In this document: positions 1-12,549 of the stretch, piece after piece
Position numbering within the stretch: position 1 is the stretch's first letter
Layout of the letters: every line of letters begins with the position of its first letter
Origin: Octopus vulgaris
Taxonomy: Eukaryota
Direction: 5' to 3'
DNA length: 64,000 nt
Assembly (NCBI GenBank): GCA_951406725.2
Contig: OX597818.1
Span: forward strand, 58,218,001 to 58,282,000
Program-made: the position numbers and the translations under genes
Notes under the pieces: generated by a model
Told to the model about the DNA's origin: nothing
The model's database searches: none
The model's input: only the letters and a program-made list of their open reading frames with translations

Positions 1-479
1 CACACTATGTCCGTAATGTACATAGAAGGGGATACGCGGCTAGATACAAAACAAGCAGATGTTTAATTCACACTCCGCAGAATCATTTATAGAGGTAATA
101 GTGAATCGAGATCCAATAGATTCATTGAAATATGAGTCATATTCTTAGTATATTTGTATATTTACATATATATCTGTTTGTGCATCAATATTTATTCTGT
201 TTTTATAAAAATATCTTCGCTTTAGTTTCCTCCATATGAGCGTATAACATTACCAGTGCGTCAATGTGTGCATATTTGATGTCGAATTAGAGCATACAGA
301 GCAAATAATAGTAGTATTTAGGAGATAAAATGTCGATGTCGAGTGAACGAGATTGGTGACCCTCGTTGAGTTGGCAAAGCGTGTCAATTTAGACGATAGA
401 AATAACAGTCAACGGAACTCAGATCATCAGTTATCTTAAAATTGAGGGAGGACATTGACGTGTATCTATGTATATGAAA

Positions 480-722
480 CAGTGGTTCTGAACCATGTTT
501 AAGTTAGGGATTTATTTGATCCCTACTTTACTGGGATGGACACAAGTAGCCATGGAATGTCTTAAGAAATCCCATTATAATTTTATAATTAGATATTAGG
601 AATTATATAAAACTAGTTTTACTTATTTGTGCACTGTAGAAGTGTAACTAATATAGTGCATACATCTGAACAATATTATTTATGAAATCCCAAGGGTTAT
701 ATCGACCCGTTCAGATATACTG
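480..722. mobile_element. Degenerate non-autonomous hAT-type DNA transposon (MITE)
   Basis: Starts CAGTGGTTCTGAACC and ends GTTCAGATATACTG (decayed TIR); flanked by an 8-bp near-TSD ATATGAAA/ATATAAAA, the size typical of hAT. Confidence 0.55.
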
Positions 723-1000
723 ATATAAAACTTTATTATGTTCATCAGTATTGAAATACATTCGACTAATCTCAGAGTATTGTGTATATTAAAAGTCAAT
801 AAACACTTAAAAACTCACGATAATATTCAATTGATTTCTCTACCATAGTTGCTTGTGTGAATCATCTGCAATTCTGTTATGTTCTACATCTCTGTAGCCA
901 CGACTTAGAACTGTTCAAAACACATTCGTTCAGAGACATAACGTATAGACGAGTATCTCTTCATATTTTCACGTGATTTATATATATATATAGACGATAA

Positions 1001-1151
1001 GAAAATGGAGAAATAAATGACAATGAAAGTGGATCTTCGGTGTTATAAAGCCATTAATTAATTAATTAATTAATTAATTAATTAATTAATTAAATAATGG
1101 CTTTATAACAGTAAAGATCCACTTCTAATTGTTATTTGTTTCTCCATTTTC
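1001..1151. repeat. Imperfect inverted repeat centred on (TTAA)n
   Basis: GAAAATGGAGAAATAAATGACAATGAAAGTGGATCTTCGGTGTTATAAAGCCATTA is mirrored by TAATGGCTTTATAACAGTAAAGATCCACTTCTAATTGTTATTTGTTTCTCCATTTTC. Confidence 0.85.
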
Positions 1152-1296
1152 ATATATCCATTAAACTACGGTTTAACTTTTAAATTACCCACTACCGTAT
1201 ACCTTATAAGAAGGACAATACATACTGAGATAATTAACAGGAGTGCCTCTGTATACATCTATCCTTTATGTGGTTTCAATACCTATAATTTATAAC

Positions 1297-1346
<50 letters not shown>

Positions 1347-1347
1347 T

Positions 1348-1402
<55 letters not shown>

Positions 1403-1534
1403 TAACCATTCTTCACACTCTCCTATCACAAAATTAACTTTCACTATATCTTTCCACTGCCGGTCACTTCAGAAATGTAACAACACGTCGAGAGTTGGCG
1501 ATTTTCTCTTCTTCTTTGGCCTTTTCCCTTTCTA

Positions 1535-1570
1535 CTTTCCGACGAAGAGTCATGCTGGAAATGTCAAAAA
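1535..1570 (+). ncRNA. Degenerate minimal type I hammerhead motif (same family as 22.4 and 53.0 kb)
   Basis: ttt CCGACGA a gagtcatgctg GAAA tg TC aaaa; flank TTGGCGATTTT matches the 53-kb copy. Confidence 0.5.
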
Positions 1571-2131
1571 TCCTCTCCTTCCACCGAACTAATATAATTC
1601 CTGTTCTCACATCCGTGCTTCTGTGTGTGTGTGTGTGTGTTTGCATGTTCCTTTTCATATAAATAAACACGGAATCATGTGGTTGTGTGTGCAGGTGTAT
1701 ATAAAGGTACAAAAATATCGGTGAAATCAAGGTAGGAAACACAACCTGGGTGTATTCGTTTTACAAATGTTTCGCAAATATATTCTTCTCTCTTACCTAT
1801 AGCACAGACGAAGAGATAAAAAACCAAAGGTAGAATAAACCTAACGTAGCTCACGTTGAGAGTCGCCAAAGATTCAAATAAGCAGAACGAAATGATACAC
1901 GTGGCCTGAATGGCAACTCTGATTTTGACGTTTGATGCGTGATGGGTCGGAGACAACGGTTTCCTGGTATGGGTGCTTTGTAATTAAGCTCGTGTATGTG
2001 GCTGTGCATACGGGTGAAATTAATGTGCGTGTGTGTGAGGCTATGTAGGTACATATATATATATATATATATATATATGAGTGTAATCAGATGCACACAC
2101 ACACATACTCAGATACGCACACTATTCGCGA

Positions 2132-2180
<49 letters not shown>

Positions 2181-2192
2181 CACACACACATC

Positions 2193-2227
<35 letters not shown>

Positions 2228-2231
2228 TTTT

Positions 2232-2434
2232 TTATTTTCACTTGTTTCAGTCATTTGACTGCGGCCATGCTGGGGCACCGCCTTTAGTCGAGCAAATCGA
2301 CCCAAGGACCTATTCTTTGTAATCCCAGTACTTATTCTATCGGTCTCTTTTGCCGAACCGCTTAGTGACGGGGACGAAAACACACCAGCCTCGGATGTCA
2401 AGCGATTTTGTGGGACACAGACACAGACACACAC

Positions 2435-2471
<37 letters not shown>

Positions 2472-2641
2472 CTTATATACGACGGGCTTCTTTCAGTTTC
2501 CGTCTACCAAATGCACTCACAAGGCATTGGTCGGCCCGGGGCTATCGCAGAAGTCAGTTGCCCAAGGTGCCACGCAGTGGGACTGAACCCGGAACTATGT
2601 GGTTTGTTAGCAAGCTACTTTTACCACACAGCCACTACTGC
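2232..2641 (-). mobile_element. tRNA-derived SINE, family A (octopus OK-like) with internal (TA)/(TG) microsatellite
   Basis: Minus-strand head with A-box TGGCTGTGTGG and B-box GGTTCAGTCCC; tail GGTGCCCCAGCATGGCCGCAGTCAAATGACTGAAAC; more than 10 copies in the window. Confidence 0.9.
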
Positions 2642-2649
2642 TTCTACAA

Positions 2650-2880
2650 GGCAGCGAGCTGGCAGAAACATTAGCACGCCGGGCAAAATGCTTAGCGGTA
2701 TTCGTCTGCCGCTACGTTCTGCGTTCAAAGTCCGCCGACGTCGACTTTGCCTTTCATCCTTCTCAGGATCGATTAAATAAGTACCATTTTCGCACTGGGG
2801 TCGATGTAATCGACTTAATCCCTTTGGTTGTCCTTGTTTCTCCACTCTATGTTTAGCCCGTTGTGGACAAAAAAGAAATA
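2650..2880 (+). mobile_element. SINE family B (GGCGGCGAGCTGGCAGAA head), head-to-head with the family A copy
   Basis: Matches copies at 9.3, 31.1, 39.8, 43.8 and 54.9-55.8 kb; body GTCGACTTTGCCTTTCATCCTTTC...GGGGTCGATGTAATCGAC. Confidence 0.85.
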
Positions 2881-2940
2881 TATATTTATATACATATATA
2901 TTTCTAGACGGTTACACACACACACAAACACACACACACA

Positions 2941-2990
<50 letters not shown>

Positions 2991-3689
2991 CATTATGCAT
3001 AAAACTATACGGGCATGCGATATAATTTGATGTAGCATCTTGCATCAATTTGTAACCATTTCTTGCTAATAATGAGTTATGATTTGTGTGTAATGTCAGT
3101 TTAATGATTGATGATATTTAACAGAAGTTTCTTTATTCAAACTTAAAATATCATTTACTAAATCCGTAAATAAAATGTCAGTTTGTTTAAAACAATTTTG
3201 TAATAACATTTTCTTTTCTTTTTTTAATAACATATCTCATTTTTATTCTCCTTTCGTATGATGGAGGTTTTGCTAGACATGAAAATCTGAAAATATTTTA
3301 TTGATACAATTTTTCCCAATTACTATTTCACATATTGTAGTGCAACAGATACTCATTGTAGTTTACATCGAAACGCTTATCACTATAATTAAAATCTTTA
3401 GCTCGAATCTGTTCAAGATTAATTGAACGATTTTCTTCAAAGAATCTATTCCACTGCTGTTACAGAAAATCGTGATTTTACCAGACTATAAAGCCATTTA
3501 ATTAAATATGTGTTTAATTAAATATCATGTCTAATCCGGTGTTTATTACGTCAAAACCTTAAATACCCCTAACGTTACTTGACTTGTGTTTAAGTTTTTC
3601 TATAGTACTTATGAGTCGAATATATATATATATATATATATATATTGGTATATATTGGTAAATGTTTTTGAATTTCACTCTCTACATGA

Positions 3690-3862
3690 ATTTATCCCTC
3701 TTTGTGTCTCTAGCACTAAGCTTCCTTATTTTGGAGCCTTTTATTATATTTCTATATGAATAATATTTTTCTATATGAATGATATTTTGTCTAATGACTA
3801 ATTCGTCTTTTGTGCTAGGCCACTGGTAATAATAGCCTATGTTATTACCCTTTTTGATTATG

Positions 3863-3866
<4 letters not shown>
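3690..3866 (+). mobile_element. PLE-terminus-like fragment next to (TA)n
   Basis: Reverse-complement homologous to 13783-13930 (GTCTAATGACTAATTCG...TGCTAGGCCACTGGTAATAATA). Confidence 0.6.
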
Positions 3867-3912
<46 letters not shown>

Positions 3913-4010
3913 GGTAAAAACGTTAAGATAACAAAAGAAAGAAAGATACATTAATATTATGTAAATAGAGAAAATTTATCTGTAAAATAATATGTGACAA
4001 TTATTCAATA

Positions 4011-4081
4011 GCCAAGATAAAACTCTGAGTTTCGGATGCCGAGGTGGAAATCCACAACACCATCTCTTCGGTTATCTGGCC
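4011..4081 (-). ncRNA. Type I hammerhead ribozyme motif (U4C variant)
   Basis: Minus strand: gccagataa CCGAAGA gatg...catc c GAAA ctcagag TT ttatcttggc; stems I, II and III all pair; element lies between (TA)n runs. Confidence 0.7.
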
Positions 4082-4227
4082 ATATATATATAAATATATA
4101 TATATATATTGTTATATTTCGGAATGGTCATATTGCCAGTTTAGCCAATAAAAACACACGCACTATATATTTGGTGTTATTTTGCTTCAGTGATATTTAT
4201 TTTTTACATTAATCTTAATCTTATTTC

Positions 4228-4272
4228 GGCCAAAGTTCTTTCGTCACACTCCTGTGACCGCATCAGTGGTCC
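4228..4272 (-). ncRNA. Hammerhead-like motif in PLE 3' terminus (left arm)
   Basis: Mirror copy of 6453-6497. Confidence 0.55.
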
Positions 4273-4788
4273 TTTGTTTTCTTCTCACTTACTTGTGTCT
4301 CTCCTTACTAACCGTCAGCCATTTTATATTTCTATTGTATGTTTTCATTTGCGCATGCTTATATCTCTATGTGCGTCTATGTTTATTTAGTGTGTGTGTG
4401 TGAGGGGGATGCCTGTAATATTTGTATCTTCTGGTTATATACATTCTTGTAATTTGTATTTTGTTTTTGTTGTTGTTGCTTTTGTTCTAATTTTGTTCAT
4501 GTGTTTACATCCACCCATTATTATCATTACATATGCTTGTATGTATGTATAACAACAATATTAGTAATAATAATAATAAATCTAATCGAGAAAAAAAAAA
4601 AAAAAAAGAATATACATATACATATATATATATATATACATACATATACATATACATATATATACATATATACACACATATATACACATATACATATACA
4701 TATATATACACATATACATATATATAGATATTCATTTCTATTTCTTTAATTACCTGTGTATTTATTATGTTTGCAGGATCCACTATTG

Positions 4789-5390
4789 TCATATGTTGTG
4801 GTGTGCGCTATTGCTCCATTCTAGTTTTCTATTCAGGCTAGGTTTATTTTCTATTATATGTGTAGCTTCTGTAATTTGTCTAATTGTTGCATCTGTTCTA
4901 TGTGTGGACAATATCTTAATCTCTATGTTATTGATTGATCCCCCGTGTTCTTGTTCGGCGTGTTGGTACAGAATCGATGAGCTTTTACCTTCCTTGAGTT
5001 GTCTCCAATGTCCATTCACCCGCTCACCAATGCTTCTTGCAGTTTCCCTACGTATGTTACTGTCTTGTTACTGCATCGTCCCTCTATACATCTTATACTA
5101 TAGACCACATTTCTGGCTTTACAGTTCGTTTGTGGGCTAAATCTACATACAGTGCAATAGTTTTCCGTACAGAGAGTTCTACTAAAAGGATAGGTTCTAC
5201 CAATTATAGATCTGATAGGGTTGCCTGGCTTTTCAACAACCTTAATTCTTAGTTTAAGTTTATCTAGGGTCCTTCTAAAGCGGTACGCTAGTTCACCTCC
5301 AGGGGTGGTGTCAACGAACATGACACTCTGGTATTTATGGCTATCATACCAAGAGTTGACCTTCCTTATTTTCTTTTTTGTCCTTTCCAT
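4789..5390 (-). pseudogene. PLE GIY-YIG endonuclease C-terminus, frameshifted (left arm)
   Basis: Same peptide as the right arm but with a 1-bp G deletion in GTAGGGGAAACT, which splits it into ORFs 5016-5390 and 4789-5019. Confidence 0.85.
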
Positions 5391-5939
5391 AAATACCAGA
5401 GTGTCATGTTCGTTGACACCACCCCTGGAGGTGAACTAGCGTACCGCTTTAGAAGGACCCTAGATAAACTTAAACTAAGAATTAAGGTTGTTGAAAAGCC
5501 AGGCAACCCTATCAGATCTACAATTGGTAGAACCTATCCTTTTAGTAGAACTCTCTGTACGGAAAACTATTGCACTGTATGTAGATTTAGCCCACAAACG
5601 AACTGTAAAGCCAGAAATGTGGTCTATAGTATAAGATGTATAGGGGGACGATGCAGTAACAAGACAGTAACATACGTAGGGGAAACTGCAAGAAGCATTG
5701 GTGAGCGGGTGAATGAACATTGGAGACAACTCAAGGAAGGTAAAAGCTCATCGATTCTGTACCAACACGCCGAACAAGAACACGGGGGATCAATCAATAA
5801 CATAGAGATTAAGATATTGTCCACACATAGAACAGATGCAACAATTAGACAAATTACAGAAGCTACACATATAATAGAAAATAAACCTAGCCTGAATAGA
5901 AAACTAGAATGGAGCAATAGCGCACACCACAACATATGA
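5388..5939 (+). CDS. PLE ORF C-terminal fragment: Cys-rich linker plus GIY-YIG endonuclease (5'-truncated, right arm)
   Basis: CTENYCTVC...[12 protein letters not shown]...C...[16 protein letters not shown]...H...RQITEA...NKPSLNRK: GIY-YIG with the PLE-type CCHH residues. Confidence 0.88.
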   Translation, partial: HKYQSVMFVDTTPGGELAYRFRRTLDKLKLRIKVVEKPGNPIRSTIGRTYPFSRTLCTENYCTVCRFSPQTNCKARNVVYSIRCIGGRCSNKTVTYVGETARSIGERVNEHWRQLKEGKSSSILYQHAEQEHGGSINNIEIKILSTHRTDATIRQITEATHIIENKPSLNRKLEWSNSAHHNI

Positions 5940-6452
5940 CAATAGTGGATCCTGCAAACATAATAAATACACAGGTAATTAAAGAAATAGAAATGAATAT
6001 CTATATATATGTATATGTGTATATATATGTATATGTATATGTGTATATATGTGTGTATATATGTATATATATATATATGTATATGTATGTATATATATAT
6101 ATATGTATATGTATATTCTTTTTTTTTTTTTTTTTTCTCGATTAGATTTATTATTATTATTACTAATATTGTTGTTATACATACATACAAGCATATGTAA
6201 TGATAATAATGGGTGGATGTAAACACATGAACAAAATTAGAACAAAAGCAACAACAACAAAAACAAAATACAAATTACAAGAATGTATATAACCAGAAGA
6301 TACAAATATTACAGGCATCCCCCCCACACACACACTAAATAAACATAGACGCACATAGAGATATAAGCATGTGCAAATGAAGACATACAATAGAAATACA
6401 AAATGGCTGACGGTTAGTAAGGAGAGACACAAGTAAGTGAGAAGAAAACAAA

Positions 6453-6497
6453 GGACCACTGATGCGGTCACAGGAGTGTGACGAAAGAACTTTGGCC
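6453..6497 (+). ncRNA. Hammerhead-like motif in PLE 3' terminus (non-canonical CTGATGC core)
   Basis: ggacca CTGATGC g gtcac aggagt gtgac GAAA gaac TT tggcc. Confidence 0.55.
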
Positions 6498-6672
6498 GAA
6501 ATAAGATTAAGATTAATGTAAAAAATAAATATCACTGAAGCAAAATAACACCAAATATATAGTGCGTGTGTTTTTATTGGCTAAACTGGCAATATGACCA
6601 TTCCGAAATATAACAATATCTGTTTCAACACACGACTTCACATAAAAAATCTTGCACAACAAATATTTAAAC

Positions 6673-6719
<47 letters not shown>

Positions 6720-6804
6720 ATCCAAACAAGAAAACAAAAAGACAACAACGCAAGGATGTGGAACAAATAAAGTATTATTGGACGCTCAGGAAAGAAGGAA
6801 AGAA

Positions 6805-6864
<60 letters not shown>

Positions 6865-7029
6865 TGCCAACCTCCTTCATCGTTCAGAATATTCGACTAA
6901 ACATCATTTATCATTTACTTTTACTATTCTTTATTACTTTGCGATTCCTGCTTCAGGCAAGTTTAGATCGAAAAAATCATTATATAGAAGTAAGACTTTA
7001 TTAAGCTCAATTAAGTTCTGCATTTAGGT

Positions 7030-7690
7030 GAAACAAACTTGAGCCAGGTGATGTATATCCACGGCGTATTCGCGAGTGATGTGAAGCAAATTTCGATCCT
7101 CAGAAAAAAAGACATTGCCGCACATGCCTATCTCACGATTTTCAATTTATTTTTTGTGCCTATCTTCAGCTATTGATATGGCTACTAGGTAATCACCGAA
7201 AGAGTACAATTGTCTTAATTGCGGTGCCTCCAGCGGATCTCTGCACTATGCTTACTCGACATGGTTCGTAGCTTTGTGTACAGAGAGTGTCTTTAGGTCT
7301 AACCGCTGCTTGGCCGCATTGAGAGGTCACAGATCCGATACTACTGAATTGTGATTATAATGCCCGAGGAAGGAATCGCAAAAGAGGTTCTTCAAGCCCA
7401 GCCAACAGACAGGAGATCGAAGACTAGAACAAGTACAAAATGGTTGGATAATATTCATCGGCTTAGTTGGTCGGGTTTGAGAATCCAGCTGGAACATTTA
7501 ATAAGGATTGCTTCTGATAGGACACCGTGATAGTGGTGCCTGAGGACCCACCGCGCATGGCACTCCCGGGAACAGTGGGCGGAGAAGATTAATAGATGCA
7601 CGGACAGATGGATTGATGGGTGGATGGATGTATGTATGGGTGGACGGCTAGATGGCTGGGTGGATTGATGGACGGGTGGATTGATGGGTA
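7030..7690 (+). pseudogene. Degenerate RTE-clade LINE 3' fragment (Rex3/Expander-like) with (TGGA)n tail
   Basis: Manual translation: FVPIFSY*YGY*VITERVQ...PLLGRIERSQIRYY...MPEEGIAKEVLQAQPTDRR...KWLDNIHRLSWSGLRIQLEHL, the RTE C-terminal pattern. Confidence 0.75.
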
Positions 7691-7771
7691 GAAATTAGTG
7701 CAACGTAAATTTGTATAGCTATAATATTGCAATATGATTGCCTATGGAGAACAAAACCCTGCTTCGGAACT

Positions 7772-8310
7772 ATCTTTTACTCTCGTTTGCTTGTTTCAGT
7801 CATTTGACTGTGGCCATGCTGGAGCACCGCCTTTAGTCGGGCTAATCGACCCCAGGATATAATCTTTGTAAGACTAGTACTTATTGTATCGGTCACTTTT
7901 TGCCGAACCGATAAGTTTCGGGGACGTAAACACACCAAAATCGGTTGTCAAGCGACGTTGGGGGGACAAGCACAGAGACACAAATATATACGCACACACG
8001 TACATATATAAATATATACATATATACGGCGGGCTTCTTTTCAGGTTCCGTCTACCAAATCCACTCACAAAGCTTTGGTCGGCCCGAGGCTATAGTAGAA
8101 GACACTTCCCCAAGGTGACACGCAGTGGAACTGAACCCGGAACCACGTGGTTCGTAAACAAGCTACTTATTCTTTGTAAGCCTAGTACTTATTCTATCGC
8201 ATCTTTTTGCCGAACCGCTAAGTTACGGAGACATAAACACACCAGCATCAGTTGTGAAGCGATGTTGGGGGGTGGGGCAAACACAGACACACAAACATAT
8301 ACATACACAC

Positions 8311-8370
<60 letters not shown>

Positions 8371-8545
8371 ACACAAATATACGATGGGCTTCTTTCAGTT
8401 TCCGTTCATCAATTCCACTCACAAGTCTTTGGTCAGCCTGAGGCTATAATAGAAGACTCTTGCCCAAGTTGCCACGCTGTGGGACTGAAAGTGGAACCAT
8501 GTGGTTTGTAAGCAAGCTACTTACCACACAGCCACTCCTACGCCT
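7772..8545 (-). mobile_element. Two partially fused tandem copies of SINE family A
   Basis: Body repeated; junction at about 8165 through shared CTACTTA/GTACTTATTC microhomology. Confidence 0.85.
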
Positions 8546-8556
8546 ATAATGTGTGA

Positions 8557-8675
8557 CGCTTACAGCACCTAGGTTTCCCAAGCGGTCATCCATCTAAGTA
8601 CTAACTAGGCTCGACATAGCTTAACTTCGATGATCGGACGAGAACCAGTGCTTTCAACGTGATATGGCCGTACTA
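8557..8675 (-). rRNA. Dispersed 5S rRNA copy, probably a pseudogene
   Basis: Minus: TACGGCCATATCACGTTGAAAGCACTGGTTCTCGTCCGATCATCGAAGTTAAGC...TTAGTACTTAGATGGATGACCGCTTGGGAAACCTAGGTGCTGTAAGC; several substitutions and no oligo-T terminator. Confidence 0.9.
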
Positions 8676-9317
8676 CTGAGAAATCTTTACACTAATCGTT
8701 TCTTGGACACATTTACTAAGACGTTAAGAAGTATAAGATATTTTTTTTCAAACATTTACGTATGATACCATTGTATTTTATAGCCTCTTTTCTTTAATTT
8801 GCATTGAAAATTTAACAAGGACATCCGTACCTGCTTGCGAATGTGGTCTCTTTGTCTAGTAAATAATTAGTAGTTGTACAGTTCTCTTTACTAATACCAT
8901 CTGTAAGAACCAGTTTATAATTTTATATTAACTTTGCATTATATTTAAATTGTCGTGTTCTTGAATTAATTGACATAATTTTCCTGAATCTACGTAAAAT
9001 TATTTTTCGCAATATAATTAATTATTCATAATTTGCAAGAGGAATCTCATTTTTTTTTTGTGTGTACTACTTCAATAGTATAATGCATTTGCATTGTGTT
9101 CCGTGGCAAATGTACAGTAATTATGCTGAATAATGATTCGAATTCGAAATTAATGAGATCTAAAATTCGTATCGAAGAAATATTATGAAATATATTAAAT
9201 GATAATGCATTTATTTATTTAATGTGATAAGCAGATTACATACACGCAGTTATACTACCTGTTATCTCTTCTCGGCGCAGGCGTGTATGCGTGGTAAGAA
9301 GCTTGTTTCCCAACCAA

Positions 9318-9930
9318 GGCGGCGAGCTGGCAGAAACGTTAGCACGTCGGGCGAAATGCTTAGCGTATTTCGTCTGCCGTTACGTTCTGAGTTCAAATTT
9401 CACCGAGGTCGACTTTGCCTTTCATCTTTTCGGGGTAGATAAATAAAGTACCGGTTATGCACTGGGGTCGATGTAATCGACTTAATCTGTATGTCTGGTC
9501 TTGTTTGTCCTGTCTGTGTTTTTAGCCCCTTGTGGGTATTAAAGAAATAGGTATTTCTTCTAACCTTACGTTCTGAGTTCAAATTCCGCCGAGGTCAACT
9601 TTGTCTTTCATCCTTTCGGGGTCTATAAATAAAGTACCAGTTATGAACTGGGGTCGATGTAGTCGACTTAGTTCGGTTGTCTGTCCTTGTTTCTCCCCTC
9701 TGTATGTAGCCCCATGTTGGCAATAAAGAAATCAGAAACGTTAGCACGCCGGGCGAAATGCTTAGCGTTACGTTCTGAGTTCCAATTCTGCCGAGGTGGA
9801 CTTTGCCTTTCATCTTTTCGGGGTCGATTAAATAAATACCAGTTACGCACTGGAGTCGATATAATTGACTTAATCCGTTTGTCTGTCCTTGTTTGCCCCA
9901 TCTGTATGTAGCCCCTTGTGGGCAGTAAAG
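9318..9930 (+). mobile_element. Tandem array of SINE family B units nested in an older family A SINE
   Basis: Three reiterated TTACGTTCTGAGTTC...GCCCCTTGTGGG units; family A head at 9274-9317 resumes at about 9945. Confidence 0.8.
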
Positions 9931-10761
9931 AAAAAAAAAAGCCTGGTTCTCAATCACATGACTCCAGGTTCAGTCCCACTGGGTGTTACCTGGGACAAAA
10001 TATCGTCTACTGTAGTCTCTGCCGATTCAAGGCGCCTGAGTGAACTTGATAGAAAAAAACTAACGTTGTACATACAAGAATATTTGAGAGCGGTACCGTA
10101 GCACGACCGTACTCTAATGGCTGACACTGGAAACAAGTAAAAGATCGAAGATAAAATATACTCTATTGCAAGTTTCCCGTTGAGGGTATTTCTGCTCCCC
10201 AAAACCTTGCATCAGATAGAAACGGAAAGGTATCGTGAGACATGTAGCACCACAACCAATTTTAGTGAACATAAATTTCAGAAGTATAAATATAGGAATG
10301 AAGACTGTTTTTCTATATATTACATGCCTAAAGAATTTTAGTGGCCATAACATATATAACGAAAAAAAAAAAATAATAAATAATGGCATGAGATCTGATA
10401 AACGCGACGCTCTGGATTTGATATGTACGAGGATAAGGGAAGGATATACAATTTCCTAGCATTTCTTGATTATTGTTCTCTTAGATGATTAATAAGAGAT
10501 TTAAAGGAAGGGATATTATTTTTCTATAATTTCATTCTAATGAAGTGTAATTTTTAAAGAAACGACTTTTGAATTGATATGGATTTGCTGTAAGAAGATT
10601 GCTTCTAAACTACATGTTTTCGGGTTCGGTCCCACTTAATAGCACATTAGGGAAGTAACTTCTGCTGTATCCTCGGGCCGACCAGATACATGCGAGTGAA
10701 TTTGGTTGATTGAAACTGGAAGAAGCCTTTCCTATATACATGCATATATATACATAACAAC

Positions 10762-10807
<46 letters not shown>

Positions 10808-10819
10808 GTAATAATGATA

Positions 10820-11243
10820 GACGCAGGGGTGGTTGTGTGGTAAGTGGCTTGCTTACCAACTACTACTTCGTTCGTGTTCAGTCCCACTGCGTGGCACCAT
10901 AGGCAAGTTTCTTCTACTTTAGCATCGGGCCGATCAAAACCTTGTGAGTGGATTTCTCGGACGGAAACTGAAACAAGCCCGTCGTTTATATAAATACATA
11001 CATACATGTGTTTGTGTGTGTATGTATGCATGAGTGTGTATATGTTTATGTGTCTCTGTTCCCCAAACGTCGCTTGACGATCGATGCTGGTGTATTTACA
11101 TCCCCGTAATTTAGTGGCTCAGCAAAAGATACCGATTGAATAATTACTAGTTTTACAAAGAATAAGTTCTAGGGTCGATTTGATCGAACAAAGTTGGTGC
11201 CCCAGCATTGCCGCTGTCAAATGAATGAAACAAGTAAAAGAAA
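10820..11243 (+). mobile_element. SINE family A (diverged); partial copy also at about 10590-10740
   Basis: Head GCAGGGGTGGTTGTGTGGTAAG, tail GTCAAATGAATGAAACAAGTAAAAG. Confidence 0.8.
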
Positions 11244-11259
11244 ATAATAATAATAACAC

Positions 11260-11316
<57 letters not shown>

Positions 11317-11320
<4 letters not shown>

Positions 11321-11577
11321 AATGATCCCTGGCTTACCATCCCTGCAAGAAGTGCAAAAGATTGTCTTAACAGGTACATCACGCGTATTTAGAAGAGCAT
11401 TGTCGATGTGAGAACCGTTGCTGCTCATTGTTTTTTAATTTTACTTAAAAAAAAAAAAAAAAAATGAACGAACTATTGAGTTTGGTTTAATGGCCTACCA
11501 ATGTATACTATGAGTTTCTTTGCCCTAGGAGTCGGGAAGACACTCGGCAAAATGAAATTTGAAAGAAGAAAAAAAGT
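11317..11577 (+). mobile_element. 5'-truncated R4/Dong-like (RLE-type) non-LTR retrotransposon end embedded in (TAA)n
   Basis: Translates MIPGLPSLQEVQKIVLTGTSRVFRRALSM*, the QKxxLLGTxxILRxxL terminus of RLE LINEs; (TAA)n on both sides as known for Dong. Confidence 0.7.
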
Positions 11578-11651
11578 AATAATAATAATAATAATAATCA
11601 TAATAATAATAATAATAATAATAATAAAAGAAAGCAATAAAAATAAAACTA

Positions 11652-11736
<85 letters not shown>

Positions 11737-11762
11737 GAAAGCACGCTATAAAAATAAAACTA

Positions 11763-11836
<74 letters not shown>

Positions 11837-11855
11837 TGATGATGATAATAATAAG
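11577..11855. repeat. (TAA)n microsatellite block with an internally duplicated AAAGAAAGCA..ATAAAACTACTG spacer
   Basis: Direct reading of the sequence. Confidence 0.9.
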
Positions 11856-12549
11856 AAAAAGAAGAGGAAGAAGTAGTAGTAGAAGAAAATGAAAAAGACG
11901 ATGAAGATGATGATAATGAAAAATAATAAGAAATAGAAGAAAAAGAACAACGACAACAGCCACATACAAAAACAGTTATAAGGGTTTAACCAGTCGGTTA
12001 TTGAACGTTGAAGAAATTAACCCAGGAAAAGAGGTTTAATGAAAATGATATATATCGGAACGGAAGATTTTGTATCTTTCGACCAACGATTGATTGGCCA
12101 GGTAGGATCAATATTTTATCAATGGGAGGATTCCAGAATTAGAGATTGAAGAACTTAAGACAAGAACCGAAAATGAATTGGAAGACTTTTGAGTAACATT
12201 AGTAGAACGAAGTAGTGCTAAATGAGAATGGAAATGGAGAAAATCACTAACAGCATGAGGACACTAATGAAGAATGTTGTAAAGGAGATGAAGCCAGAAG
12301 AATGCAAGAAATATTGAACACAAATTGAAACGATGATGTCGAGATTTTTGTGATGATGCGAGGTATGATATTTACTGAAAGCGAGGACACGCCTCCATAT
12401 TTAACATATATGGACAGGGAAGTAGTAAGGTGACACAGAGGCAAAGCAAAAGGGCATTTTTCAACGTTTAGATGGAGAACATCTGTGAAACAGATCAGCT
12501 GGTTACAACCGTTGCTAATGTAGCTCACAGAATTGGGTCCATGTAAAGA

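Larger units (their letters stand above)
4106..6673. mobile_element. Palindromic head-to-head pair of 5'-truncated Penelope-like elements
   Basis: Arms 4106-5340 and 5387-6619 are near-identical reverse complements around a 46-bp spacer; each has a GIY-YIG ORF end and an HHR-like motif; a 54-bp extra tail follows the right arm only; (TA)n on both sides. Confidence 0.92.

Noticed and set aside
4106-6619. Possibility that the large palindrome is a sequencing chimera
   Set aside because: Arms differ by several substitutions, and the tail asymmetry recurs in smaller, more diverged elements; read-level confirmation is still advisable.
7085-7106. Minus-strand CTGAGGA-TC-GAAA
   Set aside because: No stem II and lies inside RTE coding remnant; the similar hit near 30788 also lacks stems.
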